A stretch of DNA of 64,000 nucleotides from Acutalibacteraceae bacterium. GTDB taxonomy: Bacteria > Bacillota > Clostridia > Oscillospirales > Acutalibacteraceae. Position numbers and translations under genes: made by a program. The notes below the pieces were generated by a model, which saw only the letters and a list, made by a program, of their open reading frames with translations, did not search any database and had not been told where the DNA came from. Position 1 is the first letter of the stretch, and the number at the start of each line of letters is the position of its first letter. The DNA lies in the NCBI GenBank assembly GCA_045654545.1, contig JAZONO010000076.1:2683-66682 (forward strand), in the 5' to 3' direction. Positions 7,743 to 17,375 of this stretch are shown in pieces.

Positions 7743-9725
7743 ATGGCAGCCAAGAAACCAACTTACGGCAATGAAAGCATCACCTCCCTGAAAGGCGCCG
7801 ACCGCGTGCGTAAACGCCCCGCAGTTATTTTCGGGTCGGATGGCTTGGAGGGATGCGAACATGCCGTGTTCGAAATATTGTCCAACTCCATTGACGAAGC
7901 GCGTGAAGGATACGGCAACCGCATTGTGACCACCTGCTATGAGGACGGCTCGTTTGAAGTGCAGGATTTCGGACGTGGTATGCCGGTCGATTTCAACCAA
8001 AAGGAAAACCGCTTCAACTGGGAACTGATCTTCTGTGAGTTGTATGCCGGCGGTAAATATAACACAAACGAAAGCGAAAACTATGAGTTTTCGCTCGGTT
8101 TGAATGGTCTGGGCGCGTGTGCCACCCAGTATTCCTCGGAATACATGGACGTGGAAGTTCACCGTGACGGCACGAAATACACCCTGCATTTTGAACGGGG
8201 CGAAAACGTGGGCGGTCTCACCAAAGAGCCGTATGCCAAACGGGATACCGGCACACGCATTCGCTGGAAACCCGATTTGCAGGTGTTCACCGACATCGCA
8301 GTACCGGTGGAGTATTTCCGCGACATCTTGCGCCGTCAGGCTATCGTGAATCCCAATCTGCTCTTTACCCTCCGCCGCCAAAACGGGCGCAGTTTCGAGG
8401 AGGAAGAGTTCCGCTATGAAAACGGCATTGCGGATTACGTGAAGGAACTCACCGCAGACGGCACCCTCACCGATGTGCAGGTGTGGAGTGGGGAACGCCG
8501 CGGTCGCGACCGTGAGGACAAACCCGAATACAAAGTGAAATTCAATGTGGCGTTTTGCTGTTCCAACAAAACGGAGTTGCTGGAATACTATCACAACTCC
8601 AGTTGGCTGGAACACGGCGGCTCGCCCGAAAAGGCGGTGCGCTCGGCATTTGTGTCGCAGGTGGATGCCTACTTGAAGCAAAACGGCAAGTACCTTAAAA
8701 ACGAAAGCAAGATCACCTTCCAAGACGTGCAGGATTGTCTTGTGCTGGTGTCCTCCTCCTTCTCCACGCAGACGTCCTATGAAAACCAGACAAAGAAAGC
8801 GATCACCAACAAGTTTATCCAAGAGGCCATGACCGAATTTTTGCGCCACAACTTGGAAGTATACTTCATTGAAAATAAAGCGGAAGCCGACCGCATGACC
8901 GAGCAGGTGCTGATCAATAAGCGCAGTCGTGAAAAGGCGGAAAAGACCCGTATCGACGTGAAAAAGGTGTTGCAGTCGGGCAACGACCTTGCCTCCCGTG
9001 TGCCGGGGTTTGTGGATTGCCGCACGCGTGACGTGGCACAGCGCGAACTGTTTATTGTGGAAGGTAAATCCGCTATGGGTGCGTGTATTCAGGCGCGTGA
9101 CTCGGAGTTTCAGGCGATCATTCCCGTGCGCGGTAAGATCCTGAACTGCTTGAAAGCAGAGTTCGACAAGATCTTCAAAAGCGAGATCATCGTCAACCTT
9201 TTGAAGGTAATGGGTTGCGGTGTGGAGGTCAAATCCAAAGCGAACAAAAATCTCTCCACCTTCGATCTTTCGCTGTTGCGGTTTGCGAAGATCATCATCT
9301 GCACCGATGCGGACGTGGACGGTTTCCAGATCCGTACGCTGATCTTGACAATGTTGTATCGCTTAACACCAACCTTGATCGAGCAGGGGTATGTGTATAT
9401 CGCGGAAACACCGCTGTATGAGATCAACACCAAAACCGACACCTATTTTGCCTATAACGAAGCGGAAAAGACCACCATTCTCGAGGAGATCGGGGATGTG
9501 AAATACACCATTCAGCGCTCGAAGGGACTTGGTGAAAATGAGCCGGCGATGATGTCGCTCACCACCATGAATCCTGCCACCCGTCGATTGGTGAAGGTCA
9601 ATCCGGCCGACGTGGAAGAAACGGCATATTTGTTTGACGTGCTGCTCGGCGATGATCTGGAAGGCCGTAAACGCATGATTGCGGAACACGGTGCGGATTA
9701 TCTCGACATGCTGGATCTGGAATGA
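7743..9725 (+). CDS. type IIA DNA topoisomerase subunit B (GyrB/ParE family; ParE-like by size and sequence)
   Basis: GHKL ATPase region (VFEILSNSIDEA), Toprim motifs (ELFIVEGKSAMG and CTDADVDGFQIRTL), 660 aa. Confidence 0.9.
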   Translation: MAAKKPTYGNESITSLKGADRVRKRPAVIFGSDGLEGCEHAVFEILSNSIDEAREGYGNRIVTTCYEDGSFEVQDFGRGMPVDFNQKENRFNWELIFCELYAGGKYNTNESENYEFSLGLNGLGACATQYSSEYMDVEVHRDGTKYTLHFERGENVGGLTKEPYAKRDTGTRIRWKPDLQVFTDIAVPVEYFRDILRRQAIVNPNLLFTLRRQNGRSFEEEEFRYENGIADYVKELTADGTLTDVQVWSGERRGRDREDKPEYKVKFNVAFCCSNKTELLEYYHNSSWLEHGGSPEKAVRSAFVSQVDAYLKQNGKYLKNESKITFQDVQDCLVLVSSSFSTQTSYENQTKKAITNKFIQEAMTEFLRHNLEVYFIENKAEADRMTEQVLINKRSREKAEKTRIDVKKVLQSGNDLASRVPGFVDCRTRDVAQRELFIVEGKSAMGACIQARDSEFQAIIPVRGKILNCLKAEFDKIFKSEIIVNLLKVMGCGVEVKSKANKNLSTFDLSLLRFAKIIICTDADVDGFQIRTLILTMLYRLTPTLIEQGYVYIAETPLYEINTKTDTYFAYNEAEKTTILEEIGDVKYTIQRSKGLGENEPAMMSLTTMNPATRRLVKVNPADVEETAYLFDVLLGDDLEGRKRMIAEHGADYLDMLDLE

Positions 9726-9742
9726 GGGGAGGGATGTAATTC

Positions 9743-11992
9743 ATGGCTTCGAAAAAGAAAAACGTGGCGGTGCCGCAGGCAAACGAGTTGCCCTCCAATG
9801 CCCACATTGCCGGTGCAGGCGAGGTGGAACAGCAGGCGATCACCGATACCCTGCGTGAAAACTATATGCCGTATGCGATGAGTGTGATTATGTCCCGTGC
9901 GATCCCCGAGATCGACGGTTTCAAACCCTCGCACCGCAAACTGCTGTATACTATGTATAAGATGGGACTGCTTACGGGTGGTCTGATCAAATCCGCCAAC
10001 ATTGCCGGTCAGACCATGCGGTTGAACCCACACGGCGATGCCGCAATTTACGACACGATGGTGCGCCTTTCGCGCGGCAACGAAGCGCTGTTGCACCCGT
10101 ATGTGGAATCCAAAGGTAACTTCGGTAAGGCGTATTCGTCGGATATCGAATGCGCCGCTTCCCGTTACACCGAAGCGAAATTGGCACCCATTGCGGCGGA
10201 ACTGTTCCGCGACATTGATAAGGAAACGGTGGATTTCGTGGATAACTACGATGCCACGATGAAAGAGCCGTCCTTGTTGCCGGTGACCTTTCCCTCCATA
10301 TTGGTGAACAACAACCTTGGTATCGCCGTCGGTATGGCGAGCAACATCTGCTCGTTCAACCTGTCCGAGGTGTGTGATACTGCCATCGCGTTGATGAAAG
10401 ATCCGCATCACGATCTGTTGTCCACCTTGCAAGCCCCCGATTTCCCGAGCGGCGGTCAGCTTATCTATCGCCGTGAGGATCTGGAAAAGATCTATGAAAC
10501 GGGTCGCGGCAGTGTGCGTGTGCGTGCGGTGTACGCCTATGACAAGGCAAACAACTGCATCGATGTGACCGAAATTCCGTATTCCACCACGGTGGAAGCT
10601 ATTGTCGGCAAGGTGACCGAACTGGTGAAGTCAGGAAAACTGCGTGAAATCAACGATATTCGAAACGAAACCGACCTGAAAGGCTTGAAGATCACCATTG
10701 ATCTGAAACGCGGTACCGATCCCGACAAGTTGATGAACAAACTGTATGCCGCCACTCCCCTGGAAGATTCCTTCGGGTGCAATTTCAACGTGCTGATTGC
10801 CGGTGTGCCGCAGGTGCTCGGTGTGCGTGCGCTGTTCGATGAGTGGACGGGATACCGCATGGAATGTGTGCGCCGTCGCGTGGTGTTTGACCTCAACCGT
10901 GCAAAGGACAAGTTGCACCTGCTCAAAGGTTTGCAAAAAATCCTGCTGGACATTGATAAAGCCATCCGTATCGTGCGCGAAACGGAAGAGGAGACGGAAG
11001 TGGTGCCGAACTTGATGATCGGTTTCGGTATCGATGAGATTCAGGCGGAATATGTGGCGGAAATCAAGTTGCGCCACTTGAATCGTGAATACATCCTCAA
11101 ACGCTTGGACGAGGTGGAACGCCTGGAAGCCGAGATCGCCGAAATGGAAGAAACGCTTGGCAGTGCACGCCGCATCAAATCCATCATCATTGAGGAATTG
11201 CGAGCGGTGGCGAAAAAATACGGACAACCGCGCCATACGCAGTTGATCTATGCCACCGACTTGGAAGAGGCGGAAGAAGCGGGAGAGGAGATCGTGCCCG
11301 AATACGCGTGCACGCTGTTCTTCACCGAAGGCGGCTATTTCAAAAAGATCACGCCGCAATCATTGCGTATGAGCAGTGAACACAAGTTCAAAGAGGGCGA
11401 CCGCATGGCACAGACGGTCGAGAGTAACAACCGTCAGGAATTGCTCTTCTTCGGCGATAAAGCATCGGTGTATAAGAGCCGTGCCTCGGAGTTTGGCGAT
11501 ACCAAAGCCAGCGTACTGGGCGATTACGTGCCCACCAAACTTGGGTTTGAGGACGGCGAGGTCGCTCGGTATATGGCGGTGACCGATGACTATGCAGGGT
11601 TTATGCTGTTCTTCTTTGAAAACGGTAAAATGGCCAAGGTGGAGATGAGTGCCTATGCCACCAAGACCAACCGTCGCCGCTTGGTGGGAGCGTATTCCGA
11701 CAAAGTGCCGCTGGTGGCGATGATGTATATCCGTGAGGATACCGAATTCTTGCTGGAATCCACGTCGGGCCGTCGCTTGGTGGTGAACACCGCCGCCGTG
11801 GCACCCAAGAGTTCGCGTACCACTATCGGTGTGCAGGTGATGACTTTGAAAGGCACTCACCGCGTGAAGAGTGTGCAGTTGTTTGATGAAACATTGGTGG
11901 CAAAAGCCAACCGTTACCGCACCAAATCGTTGCCTGCGGCAGGGGCTTTGCCTGCGGCAGAAGATTTCGGTGAACAACTGACGTTGGAGTAA
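9743..11992 (+). CDS. type IIA DNA topoisomerase subunit A (GyrA/ParC family; ParC-like length)
   Basis: YMPYAMSVIMSRAIPEIDGFKPSHRKLLYTM and the AASRYTEAKL catalytic-Tyr region. At 749 aa it is shorter than a typical GyrA. Confidence 0.9.
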   Translation: MASKKKNVAVPQANELPSNAHIAGAGEVEQQAITDTLRENYMPYAMSVIMSRAIPEIDGFKPSHRKLLYTMYKMGLLTGGLIKSANIAGQTMRLNPHGDAAIYDTMVRLSRGNEALLHPYVESKGNFGKAYSSDIECAASRYTEAKLAPIAAELFRDIDKETVDFVDNYDATMKEPSLLPVTFPSILVNNNLGIAVGMASNICSFNLSEVCDTAIALMKDPHHDLLSTLQAPDFPSGGQLIYRREDLEKIYETGRGSVRVRAVYAYDKANNCIDVTEIPYSTTVEAIVGKVTELVKSGKLREINDIRNETDLKGLKITIDLKRGTDPDKLMNKLYAATPLEDSFGCNFNVLIAGVPQVLGVRALFDEWTGYRMECVRRRVVFDLNRAKDKLHLLKGLQKILLDIDKAIRIVRETEEETEVVPNLMIGFGIDEIQAEYVAEIKLRHLNREYILKRLDEVERLEAEIAEMEETLGSARRIKSIIIEELRAVAKKYGQPRHTQLIYATDLEEAEEAGEEIVPEYACTLFFTEGGYFKKITPQSLRMSSEHKFKEGDRMAQTVESNNRQELLFFGDKASVYKSRASEFGDTKASVLGDYVPTKLGFEDGEVARYMAVTDDYAGFMLFFFENGKMAKVEMSAYATKTNRRRLVGAYSDKVPLVAMMYIREDTEFLLESTSGRRLVVNTAAVAPKSSRTTIGVQVMTLKGTHRVKSVQLFDETLVAKANRYRTKSLPAAGALPAAEDFGEQLTLE

Positions 11993-11994
11993 GT

Positions 11995-12040
11995 AAAAAA
12001 GAGCAAGCATCTCGTTTGGCGAGATGCTTGCTCTTTCTTT
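11995..12040 (+). terminator. intrinsic terminator
   Basis: 14-bp stem GAGCAAGCATCTCG/CGAGATGCTTGCTC followed by TTTCTTT. Confidence 0.85.
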
Positions 12041-12155
12041 GTAATTAGCGGTTGCCTTCTTTTGGGTTTTGTTCTACCGAATTATAGATAAGGGGTAATT
12101 GGTATGCCAAAACGCGTGTCACCGCGAAAAGAGCCTTTCGGCTCATTTTTTTGCT

Positions 12156-12839
12156 TTAGATGCCCATGACTTCGTCGATGGGAAGCGAAACCACAAGTCC
12201 TTTGGCTTCGGTTTGTATGCCGCACTTTTCGCTGATGGCTTTCATAATCGCCACCTTGCTTTCGTGTTCGGCCAGAATCAGGACAATCTCCTTTTCCTCC
12301 TGCACGCTGAGCCCCCAGAAACCGGTGGCTTCTTCATTTTCAATGCCGCGGCTGTGCACGATCGTGCCGCCGCCTGCACCTGCGGCGCGTGCCGCATCCA
12401 TCACGATGTTTCCGAAACCACGGTCGACCGTGGCAGCAATCAACGTGTATTTGGTGTCTCCCATGGTAAATTCACCCTTTCGTTCATCGAGATCTTTGTA
12501 ATTTTCGGCGGCGCTGTTCATCATGCGCAACATTAGGTTGCTCACACCGGTCAGCGGAACGGTGAACGCGATGCCGCTGTTCACCGCATCCAATCGCAAA
12601 CGGGTGTGCAAGGTGCGTAACATGCGTTGTCCGAGGTCGCGCGGCACGTAACTCATCAGCACGCATTTATCCACACTGCCAAAGCCGAGTGTATCCATAA
12701 TTTCGCTGGATGCCGTGCCTTCCGCATTCAAGCGAAACTGCAACGGCAGATTGTTGCTTAAAAACATCTCGGCGGCTTTGTCGCCCAGTTTGGGGGTGGC
12801 AATCAACATCAGCATTTGATAGGTTTGCTTCGCATTCAT
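12156..12839 (-). CDS. tandem P-II (GlnB-like) domain protein
   Basis: 227 aa with two P-II-like halves (for example GFGNIVMDAARAAGAGGGTIVHSRG...EKEIVLIL). Its start overlaps the stop of the upstream DUF1538 gene. Confidence 0.55.
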   Translation of the reverse strand: MNAKQTYQMLMLIATPKLGDKAAEMFLSNNLPLQFRLNAEGTASSEIMDTLGFGSVDKCVLMSYVPRDLGQRMLRTLHTRLRLDAVNSGIAFTVPLTGVSNLMLRMMNSAAENYKDLDERKGEFTMGDTKYTLIAATVDRGFGNIVMDAARAAGAGGGTIVHSRGIENEEATGFWGLSVQEEKEIVLILAEHESKVAIMKAISEKCGIQTEAKGLVVSLPIDEVMGI

Positions 12840-14371
12840 ATACGCACCTCCTCTTCCAAATCGATAATGTCGTCACTATCCGCCGTGAGCCCAATGTGCT
12901 GTACCACCGCATTCTGCAGTTTCGAGGATTTCAGGCGATACACAAGTCCCATAATTTGAATGGCGATCAACGGGGCGAGTGCCACCAGCGCCACCACACC
13001 GAAGGCGTCCACCATCAAGTCGCCACCAATCGCTTGGCAGGTGCCGATGCTGAGCGGCAACAGGAAGGTAGAGGTCATGGGACCGCTTGCCACACCACCC
13101 GAGTCAAACGCAATACCGACAAAGATTTTCGGCACAAACAGCGACATCACGAGCGCGATCACATAACCGGGAATCAAGATCCAGTAGATCGGAATGCCAA
13201 ACAGCACACGCGCCATTGCCAACCCGATACTACACGCCACACCGATGGACATACTGCGGTTCATCGCTTTCACCGAAATCGCACCGTCGGTGACGTTTTC
13301 CACTTGGTGATTCAACACCTGAATCGCCGGCTCGGCTTTCACGATGTAGTAACCGATCAACATACCGATCGGGATCAAAATCCAGTTATAGGGGAGAGAG
13401 GCCAACTCTTGCCCGATCAATTCCCCTACGGGGGCAAACCCGACGTTCACACCGCATAAAAACAGCACCAGACCGATGCAGGTGTAAATCATACCGACGG
13501 TGATACGCTTCACCTGACGCTTTTGATAACGGTGGGTGAGCAACTGAAACAGCACAAATACCGCCGCGATGGGCAACAGCGAAATCAGCACCTCGCCACC
13601 GTAGGTGGGCAGTTCCAATGCGAACACGCGCACCACGTCACGTGTGGTGGCAACCGAAGCCACCGATCCTGCAAGATAGGCGGTTTCGGTTGGCTTATAA
13701 AAGAATCCCAAAATCAGCACCGCCAAAATGGGGCCGATACTGGAAAGTGCCACCAAACCGAAACTGTCGCTTGCGGAATCTTTGCCGCTTCGCACCGAAG
13801 CCAAGCCGACACCCAGCGCCATAATAAACGGCACGGTCATCGGACCGGTGGTCACACCGCCCGAATCGAATGCCACCGCCAGAAAACTGGGTGGCGCCGG
13901 AAAGGATAGGGCGATCAACGCAACATATAGTATAATGAGCAAACGTGACAGGTCAAAGGCAAAGCGAATACGCACGATCGCCAACGCCAAGAACAAGCCG
14001 ACACCGACAGCAACCGTCAAAATCAGCACCATATCCGGCACGGCAGGCACTTGCTTTGCCAGCACTTGCAAGTCCGGTTCGGAAATGGTGATGATAACAC
14101 CCATCACAAAACCGATAAGGAGTACGAAAAACACCTTTTTGGTTTTGGAGATCTGCACGCCGATGCCTTCACCGATCGGCGTCATGGCCATTTCCGCACC
14201 GAGTTGGAAAAACCCCATACCAAAAATAAGTAACACCGCGCCCGAAAGAAACATCACCATAGTTCCGAGGTCCATCGGTATCAGCAATATACTGAGTAAA
14301 AACACAATACCCGTAATCGGCAACACAGCCGAGAGGGATTCCAATGTTTTTTCGCGTAATTTCGGATTCAA
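12836..14371 (-). CDS. DUF1538-family integral membrane protein (duplicated domain)
   Basis: 511 aa and highly hydrophobic. The repeated halves carry AFDSGGVTTGPMTVPF and AFDSGGVASGPMTSTF motifs characteristic of DUF1538. Confidence 0.7.
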   Translation of the reverse strand: MNPKLREKTLESLSAVLPITGIVFLLSILLIPMDLGTMVMFLSGAVLLIFGMGFFQLGAEMAMTPIGEGIGVQISKTKKVFFVLLIGFVMGVIITISEPDLQVLAKQVPAVPDMVLILTVAVGVGLFLALAIVRIRFAFDLSRLLIILYVALIALSFPAPPSFLAVAFDSGGVTTGPMTVPFIMALGVGLASVRSGKDSASDSFGLVALSSIGPILAVLILGFFYKPTETAYLAGSVASVATTRDVVRVFALELPTYGGEVLISLLPIAAVFVLFQLLTHRYQKRQVKRITVGMIYTCIGLVLFLCGVNVGFAPVGELIGQELASLPYNWILIPIGMLIGYYIVKAEPAIQVLNHQVENVTDGAISVKAMNRSMSIGVACSIGLAMARVLFGIPIYWILIPGYVIALVMSLFVPKIFVGIAFDSGGVASGPMTSTFLLPLSIGTCQAIGGDLMVDAFGVVALVALAPLIAIQIMGLVYRLKSSKLQNAVVQHIGLTADSDDIIDLEEEVRI

Positions 14372-14422
14372 AACGCCACCACCTTTCTCTATGGGATAGA
14401 TGTATGTAGGATATATCCGTGC

Positions 14423-15031
14423 TTATGCATCTTCGGATTTGTATCGCAGTTTCGACCACAAGAGCACAATAATTTGTCCCGGAATGCCGAGCGCAAAGAT
14501 GGTCCAAACTGAAAAACCGGCAAACCACAAGGTGATATATACCGCCGACAGCACCGACCACATCAACAGGGAGATGATCAGGAAGTTGCGCCGCGGATTA
14601 AACCACAACGAATTGAAGATGAGCCACACCACCAATGTGCAAGGCACGGCATACAAGAAGGGGAGGAAGGGACTCCACGCCTTGACAGCAACGTTGTCCA
14701 GCACAATAAATACCAGCATAGCGAGCAACCACACCAACACCACGCACATACCTGTGATAAATCCGCGGTTTTTCTTGCGGCGGCGGCTGGCACGTTTGGC
14801 GCGAATATGCTGGCTGTCGTGATCGGGACGCACCAGATAGTCGAGGGATACCTCAAACAGATCGGCCACCGTGATGAGCACGGCAATATCCGGCAAGGAT
14901 TCACCGCGTTCCCATTTGGAAATGGCTTTGTCGGAATAATTGAGTTTGTCTGCCAATTCCATCTGCGTCATTTCGCGCGACTGGCGCAATGCGGCAATGT
15001 TTTTGGCAACAATGCTTTTTGTGTCTTGCAT
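14423..15031 (-). CDS. XRE-family HTH transcriptional regulator with C-terminal transmembrane region
   Basis: MTQMELADKLNYSDKAISKWERGESLPDI is an XRE-type HTH, and the C-terminal half has 3-4 TM helices. ATG 15031 follows AAAGGTGGTG. Confidence 0.8.
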   Translation of the reverse strand: MQDTKSIVAKNIAALRQSREMTQMELADKLNYSDKAISKWERGESLPDIAVLITVADLFEVSLDYLVRPDHDSQHIRAKRASRRRKKNRGFITGMCVVLVWLLAMLVFIVLDNVAVKAWSPFLPFLYAVPCTLVVWLIFNSLWFNPRRNFLIISLLMWSVLSAVYITLWFAGFSVWTIFALGIPGQIIVLLWSKLRYKSEDA

Positions 15032-15389
15032 AAACGACACCACCTTTGTTTTTATGGGGATCAAATGCGGTAAACCGATGCTTTCAAAACATGGTCGAGC
15101 ATACAAAGGGTTACCATTTTGCTTCCTATAACGTACACCCATATGTTATCATAAATTTTCGGACAAATCAATAGGAAATGCTAAGAAAAGAGAGGAAAAT
15201 CAGTCTTTCTAAACGGTGTTCTATCGGTGGTAGAGTGCGAAAAATCCGTTCTACCGCCAAGGAAGAGAAAGTATAGAAGCGAGAAAAGGGAGTAGGTTGC
15301 GATTGATTTGGCATATTGGTATAATTGAACGCGTAAGCGGTCATATTTCTTTTGACCGCAAAATGTATTTTGCAAGGGAGAATATACTT

Positions 15390-16256
15390 ATGAATTCCTA
15401 CGTAATCTATACCGATTCGGCTTGTGATATGCTGCCTCAAACGTTGAGTGAGTGGGGGGTTAAACGCTGCGACTTGTCGTTTCAATTTAACGGCGATGAA
15501 AAGGTGTATACGAATTTTGAACTGACCACGCAAGACTTTTATCAGCGCATGCGCGACGGCGGCGTGGCAAAAACGTCGGCGGTGAACAGCGAAACGTTCC
15601 GTGAGCTGTTTGAAGAGGACGTGAAGAACGGTAATGATGTTTTCTATCTCGGTTTTTCTTCCGGTCTCAGCACGACATATAACTGTGCACGTATGGCGGC
15701 TCAGGAGCTGGAAGAAGCGTATCCCGGTCGTCGTGTGGTGGCGGTGGATTCGCTGTCTGCTTCGGCAGGGTTCGGTATGCTGTTGTATCTTGTGGTGCAA
15801 AAGAAAGCCGAGGGTGCCACGATCGATGAACTGGCGGCGTTTGCCGAAGATATGCGTTTTCATCTGTGTCATTGGTTCACGGTGGACGATCTGGTGTATC
15901 TCAAACGCGGCGGTCGTATCAGCCCTGCCGTGGCTCTGGTCGGCGGTGTGCTCGGCATCAAACCCGTGCTGCACATGGACAACGAAGGGCATCTGATCAG
16001 CCGTTTCAAGGTGCGCGGACGCAAAGCGGCGCTGAAAGCGCTGTGTGACCAGTATGGTGCTCTGGCGCAGACCAAGGGCGAAGGTGTGGTGTTCATCTCT
16101 CACGGTGACTGTGAGGGTGATGCAACCTTGTTGGCATCGATGTTGAAGGAGGAATACGGCGTTGACGTGGACACGACGGTCAACGTGGGACCGGTGATCG
16201 GTGCCCACTCCGGTCCCGGCACGCTGGCGTTGTTCTTTGTCGGGAAAGAGAGGTAA
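15390..16256 (+). CDS. DegV-family fatty-acid-binding protein
   Basis: IYTDSACDM, GFSSGLSTTYN, VDSLSASAG and GAHSGPGTLALFF. ATG 15390 follows AGGGAG. Confidence 0.9.
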   Translation: MNSYVIYTDSACDMLPQTLSEWGVKRCDLSFQFNGDEKVYTNFELTTQDFYQRMRDGGVAKTSAVNSETFRELFEEDVKNGNDVFYLGFSSGLSTTYNCARMAAQELEEAYPGRRVVAVDSLSASAGFGMLLYLVVQKKAEGATIDELAAFAEDMRFHLCHWFTVDDLVYLKRGGRISPAVALVGGVLGIKPVLHMDNEGHLISRFKVRGRKAALKALCDQYGALAQTKGEGVVFISHGDCEGDATLLASMLKEEYGVDVDTTVNVGPVIGAHSGPGTLALFFVGKER

Positions 16257-16259
16257 CTT

Positions 16260-16931
16260 GTGACACGAACCAAACTGATCGACCGTTTACTTCCCAACTA
16301 CACGCGAGGGGAAGAACTGTTCAACATGATTTCCCACATTGTCGGCGGCGGCATCGGTGTGCTGACATTGGCGCTGTGTGTGATCAAAGCGGCGTTGTTC
16401 GGTGATGCTTGGGATGTGGTCGGCAGTGCGATATTCGGTGCGGCATTGATCGTGTTATACACCATGTCGGGTGTGTACCACGGGTTGCGGCATCCCATGG
16501 CGAAAAAAGTGTTTCAGGTGTTGGACCATTGCGCCATCTACTTTTTGATTGCCGGAACGTATACCCCCATTTTGCTTTCGGCCATTCGCCCCGTGTCGCC
16601 CCAATGGGCGTGGAGCATATTCGGCTTGGTGTGGGGACTGGCGGCGTTAGCCACCGTGTTCACCGCCATCGATTTGAAAGCCTACGCCGTGTTTTCGATG
16701 ATCTGCTACATCGGCATGGGATGGTGCATCGTGATTGCCGCAAAGGTAACGGTTGTCGCCTTGTCTGCGCCTGCGTTGTGGTTGCTTTTGCTCGGCGGCA
16801 TCGCCTACACCGTGGGCGCGGTGATATACGGACTTGGGAAAAAGCGTCGCTACGCCCACTCGATCTTCCATTTGTTCGTGTTGGTCGGAAGTGTGTTGCA
16901 CGTGTTGTGCATACTCTTGTACGTGATATAA
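16260..16931 (+). CDS. hemolysin III/PAQR-family membrane protein
   Basis: EELFNMISHIVG, VYHGLRHP, DHCAIYFLIAGTYTP and HSIFHLFVL. GTG start after GAAAGAGAGG. Confidence 0.85.
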   Translation: MTRTKLIDRLLPNYTRGEELFNMISHIVGGGIGVLTLALCVIKAALFGDAWDVVGSAIFGAALIVLYTMSGVYHGLRHPMAKKVFQVLDHCAIYFLIAGTYTPILLSAIRPVSPQWAWSIFGLVWGLAALATVFTAIDLKAYAVFSMICYIGMGWCIVIAAKVTVVALSAPALWLLLLGGIAYTVGAVIYGLGKKRRYAHSIFHLFVLVGSVLHVLCILLYVI

Positions 16932-16938
16932 AAGGGAA

Positions 16939-16971
16939 ACAGCCGTCGTACAACACGACGGCTGTTTTTTT
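16939..16971 (+). terminator. intrinsic terminator
   Basis: Stem CAGCCGTCGT/ACGACGGCTG followed by a T7 run. Confidence 0.85.
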
Positions 16972-17293
16972 ACCCATCCTGCCGCACGGCAGGGAAGGGC
17001 AGACAGCAACGGCACAAACACGGTTGCGTGTTGATGAAACGTCCGTCACCGATTTTTCCGATTTCGACACGGCTGTATCCCGCAAAGGACACCGCAACAA
17101 AGGCAGAAAAAGCGGTGTCGCACGTTACGGGACCGCCGCTGACAAGGGTAGTGTGTGCGGCAAACCAAAAATTATACAAAGGCAAAATGGATTTCTTGCG
17201 GTTGAATTTCGTCGAAAATTGTAAAAACTGCACAACAAAAGTCCTCTTGGTTAGGTGATTTGTTCACATTTTTAGAATTTCGAAAAATTTTAG

Positions 17294-17322
17294 TTGACAA
17301 AACGATTAAAAAAATGTAAACT
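17294..17322 (+). promoter_or_regulatory. sigma-A-type promoter upstream of the sigma-factor gene
   Basis: TTGACA (17294..17299), a 17-nt spacer, then TAAACT (17317..17322). Confidence 0.5.
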
Positions 17323-17375
17323 GAATATAACTGTAGCGATGGAGAGGATTTGTCGCGTGCAAAAGGAAGGTTTCT

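Noticed and set aside
7680-8849. Long antisense ORF (389 aa, minus strand) overlapping the topoisomerase B gene.
   Set aside because: The plus-strand frame carries clear GHKL/Toprim motifs. The antisense translation is low-complexity (His/Phe/Val/Gly-rich) with no family signature, which is typical of a shadow ORF in high-GC coding DNA.
9743-11992. Assigning the gene symbols gyrB/gyrA or parE/parC to the topoisomerase pair.
   Set aside because: Family membership is clear, and the shorter A subunit (749 aa) points to ParC-like. Without a phylogeny, or knowing whether a second pair exists elsewhere in the genome, the specific symbol would be a guess.
15168-16208. A class of long shadow ORFs opposite well-supported genes. 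Examples are 15168..16208(-), 18586..19728(-), 21055..22107(+), 29158..30702(-), 32391..33431(-), 36625..37650(+), 42139..43029(-), 54936..56348(-) and 57191..58639(+).
   Set aside because: Each lies antisense to a gene with strong family motifs (DegV, ilvE, SBP, MacB-type ABC, LamG, uvrC, citrate synthase, acyltransferase, glgP/malQ). Their translations are Arg/His/Gly-rich and carry no recognisable domains or SD-linked starts.
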